64,000 nt of DNA. Source: Sphagnum compactum (Eukaryota). Below, piece after piece: positions 62,955-64,000 of this stretch. A program made the translations under genes and the position numbers. Each line of letters begins with the position of its first letter. Within the stretch, counting starts at the first letter, position 1. The stretch covers positions 17,474,213 to 17,538,212 of the forward strand of contig OZ234493.1 of the NCBI GenBank assembly GCA_965153455.1. The letters run 5' to 3'. The notes beneath the pieces are model-generated. The model was not told the DNA's origin, searched no databases, and worked only from the letters and a program-made list of their open reading frames with translations.

Positions 62955-63370
62955 AACCAATTTGATTGGCCCATCACAAAAAATAGTTTAAATTATAGAA
63001 GCTCCCCAAAATAGAAGATTCTATGTGAAGATGGAATGCTTCCCCCTTTGGCCCACCTATATAGGTGAGAAGGGGAGGATTTTGGGCAAAACATATGGTA
63101 TTAAAGCAAGGTGTTATCGAGAACACCCTTGGAGAACACATTGGGAACTTAAGGAACATATTGGGAACTTGAAGGGAACATGTTGGGAACAAAGGAAAAA
63201 TGGAAACCACCCCCCCCCCACCCCCACACCCAAAACTTATAAGAAAAAATTCAAAGCATTTTGAATGCATGTTGAACCAGCTTCCCATTGGCTGCATGAA
63301 ATTTCTCCAAAACTATTCATCACCATGTTTGGCCTATGCTAATACCCCCATCGTAAATTGGGGGTATTTA
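62955..63370 (+). repeat. Dispersed repeat, same family as 10490-11165
   Basis: Colinear with 10775-11160. Confidence 0.75.
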
Positions 63371-63612
63371 TTTCTTTGTTTGTTTTTTTCTTATTATTTA
63401 TTTGATCCCCCCCTTTTCCTCATGATGGCATTCCCATGCAACAGCCACACATGGTTGTTGGAATGTCGTCGGATGGTGATTGAATTATTTTGGTCAACAA
63501 TGAGTCATTTGGATAGTTGATGGCTAAAAAACTTTGGTCGCCAATCCTAAAGATTGAAGGCGATCAAAAAACTTTGGTCGTTAACTAGTTGATTATATAG
63601 TCAACAAACTTA

Positions 63613-63767
63613 TTTTGGTTGCCATTCTGATACCAATGGTCTAGTGGCGACTAAACCTCTTTTGGTTGCCATTCTAACATTAATGGTCTAGTGGCGACTG
63701 AACCTCTTTTGGTTGCCATTCTGACACCAATGGTCCAGTGGCGACTTAACCTCTTTTGGTTGCCATT
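63613..63767 (+). repeat. 47-bp minisatellite, ~3.3 copies
   Basis: ttttggttgccattctgataccaatggtctagtggcgactaaacctc starts at 63613, 63660 and 63707, with a partial copy at 63754. Confidence 0.9.
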
Positions 63768-64000
63768 TGATGGCCTTACATCGATGATTCTTACATGTTG
63801 GATGGTGACTGAAAATTTTAGTTGCTAGGGAATCTGGATTGGTAGTCTTGGCCTGACACCTAAATTGAGCCTTCAATAACGACCGAAGGCGACCAAGTTT
63901 GGCCTAGGCCTAACTCCTGGGCCTTTGGGCTAGAATGGGTCCATTATTAGACCCCCACTTTCCTCATTCTATGTACTTTCTTCCATGATGTGTGAGGATT

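Noticed and set aside
63613-63767. CRISPR-like array
   Set aside because: The 47-bp units are contiguous with no unique spacers, the context is eukaryotic, and there are no cas genes.

Overview
Eukaryotic, plant-like genomic DNA with an AT-rich background, GT-AG introns and scattered TTTAGGG-type motifs. The repeat and gene content suggests a bryophyte such as a moss (inference only). The right half is a nested retrotransposon cluster. It holds two near-identical, intact Ty3/Gypsy chromoviruses in inverted orientation (38924-46274 minus, 49634-57030 plus), each with a 1496-aa gag-pol ending in a chromodomain. It also holds a decayed L1-type LINE broken by LTR pieces, and an older degenerate copy of the same Gypsy family. 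The most unusual object is an intronless, GC-rich, frameshift-free 3.7-kb frame (35199-38923) with four nonsense codons. It encodes C2H2 fingers, a DUF3505/OrsD-like region and a RecQ-type DEAH helicase, the architecture of fungal telomere-linked helicases. Between these domains lies a set of tyrosine-recombinase-like motifs (R...K...xxxRH...GH-x8-Y), which suggests a recombinase-helicase mobile element; the frame is truncated by the Gypsy LTR. The window opens with an apparently intact, spliced Tet/JBP-like 2OG-Fe(II) dioxygenase gene. The left half also has an orphan F-box-like gene, a minus-strand mosaic of host-gene exon fragments (Sec16-like, Ig-like-domain protein and others), several MITEs or non-autonomous DNA transposons, and tandem repeats. 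All family calls come from motifs recognised by eye, not from database searches.
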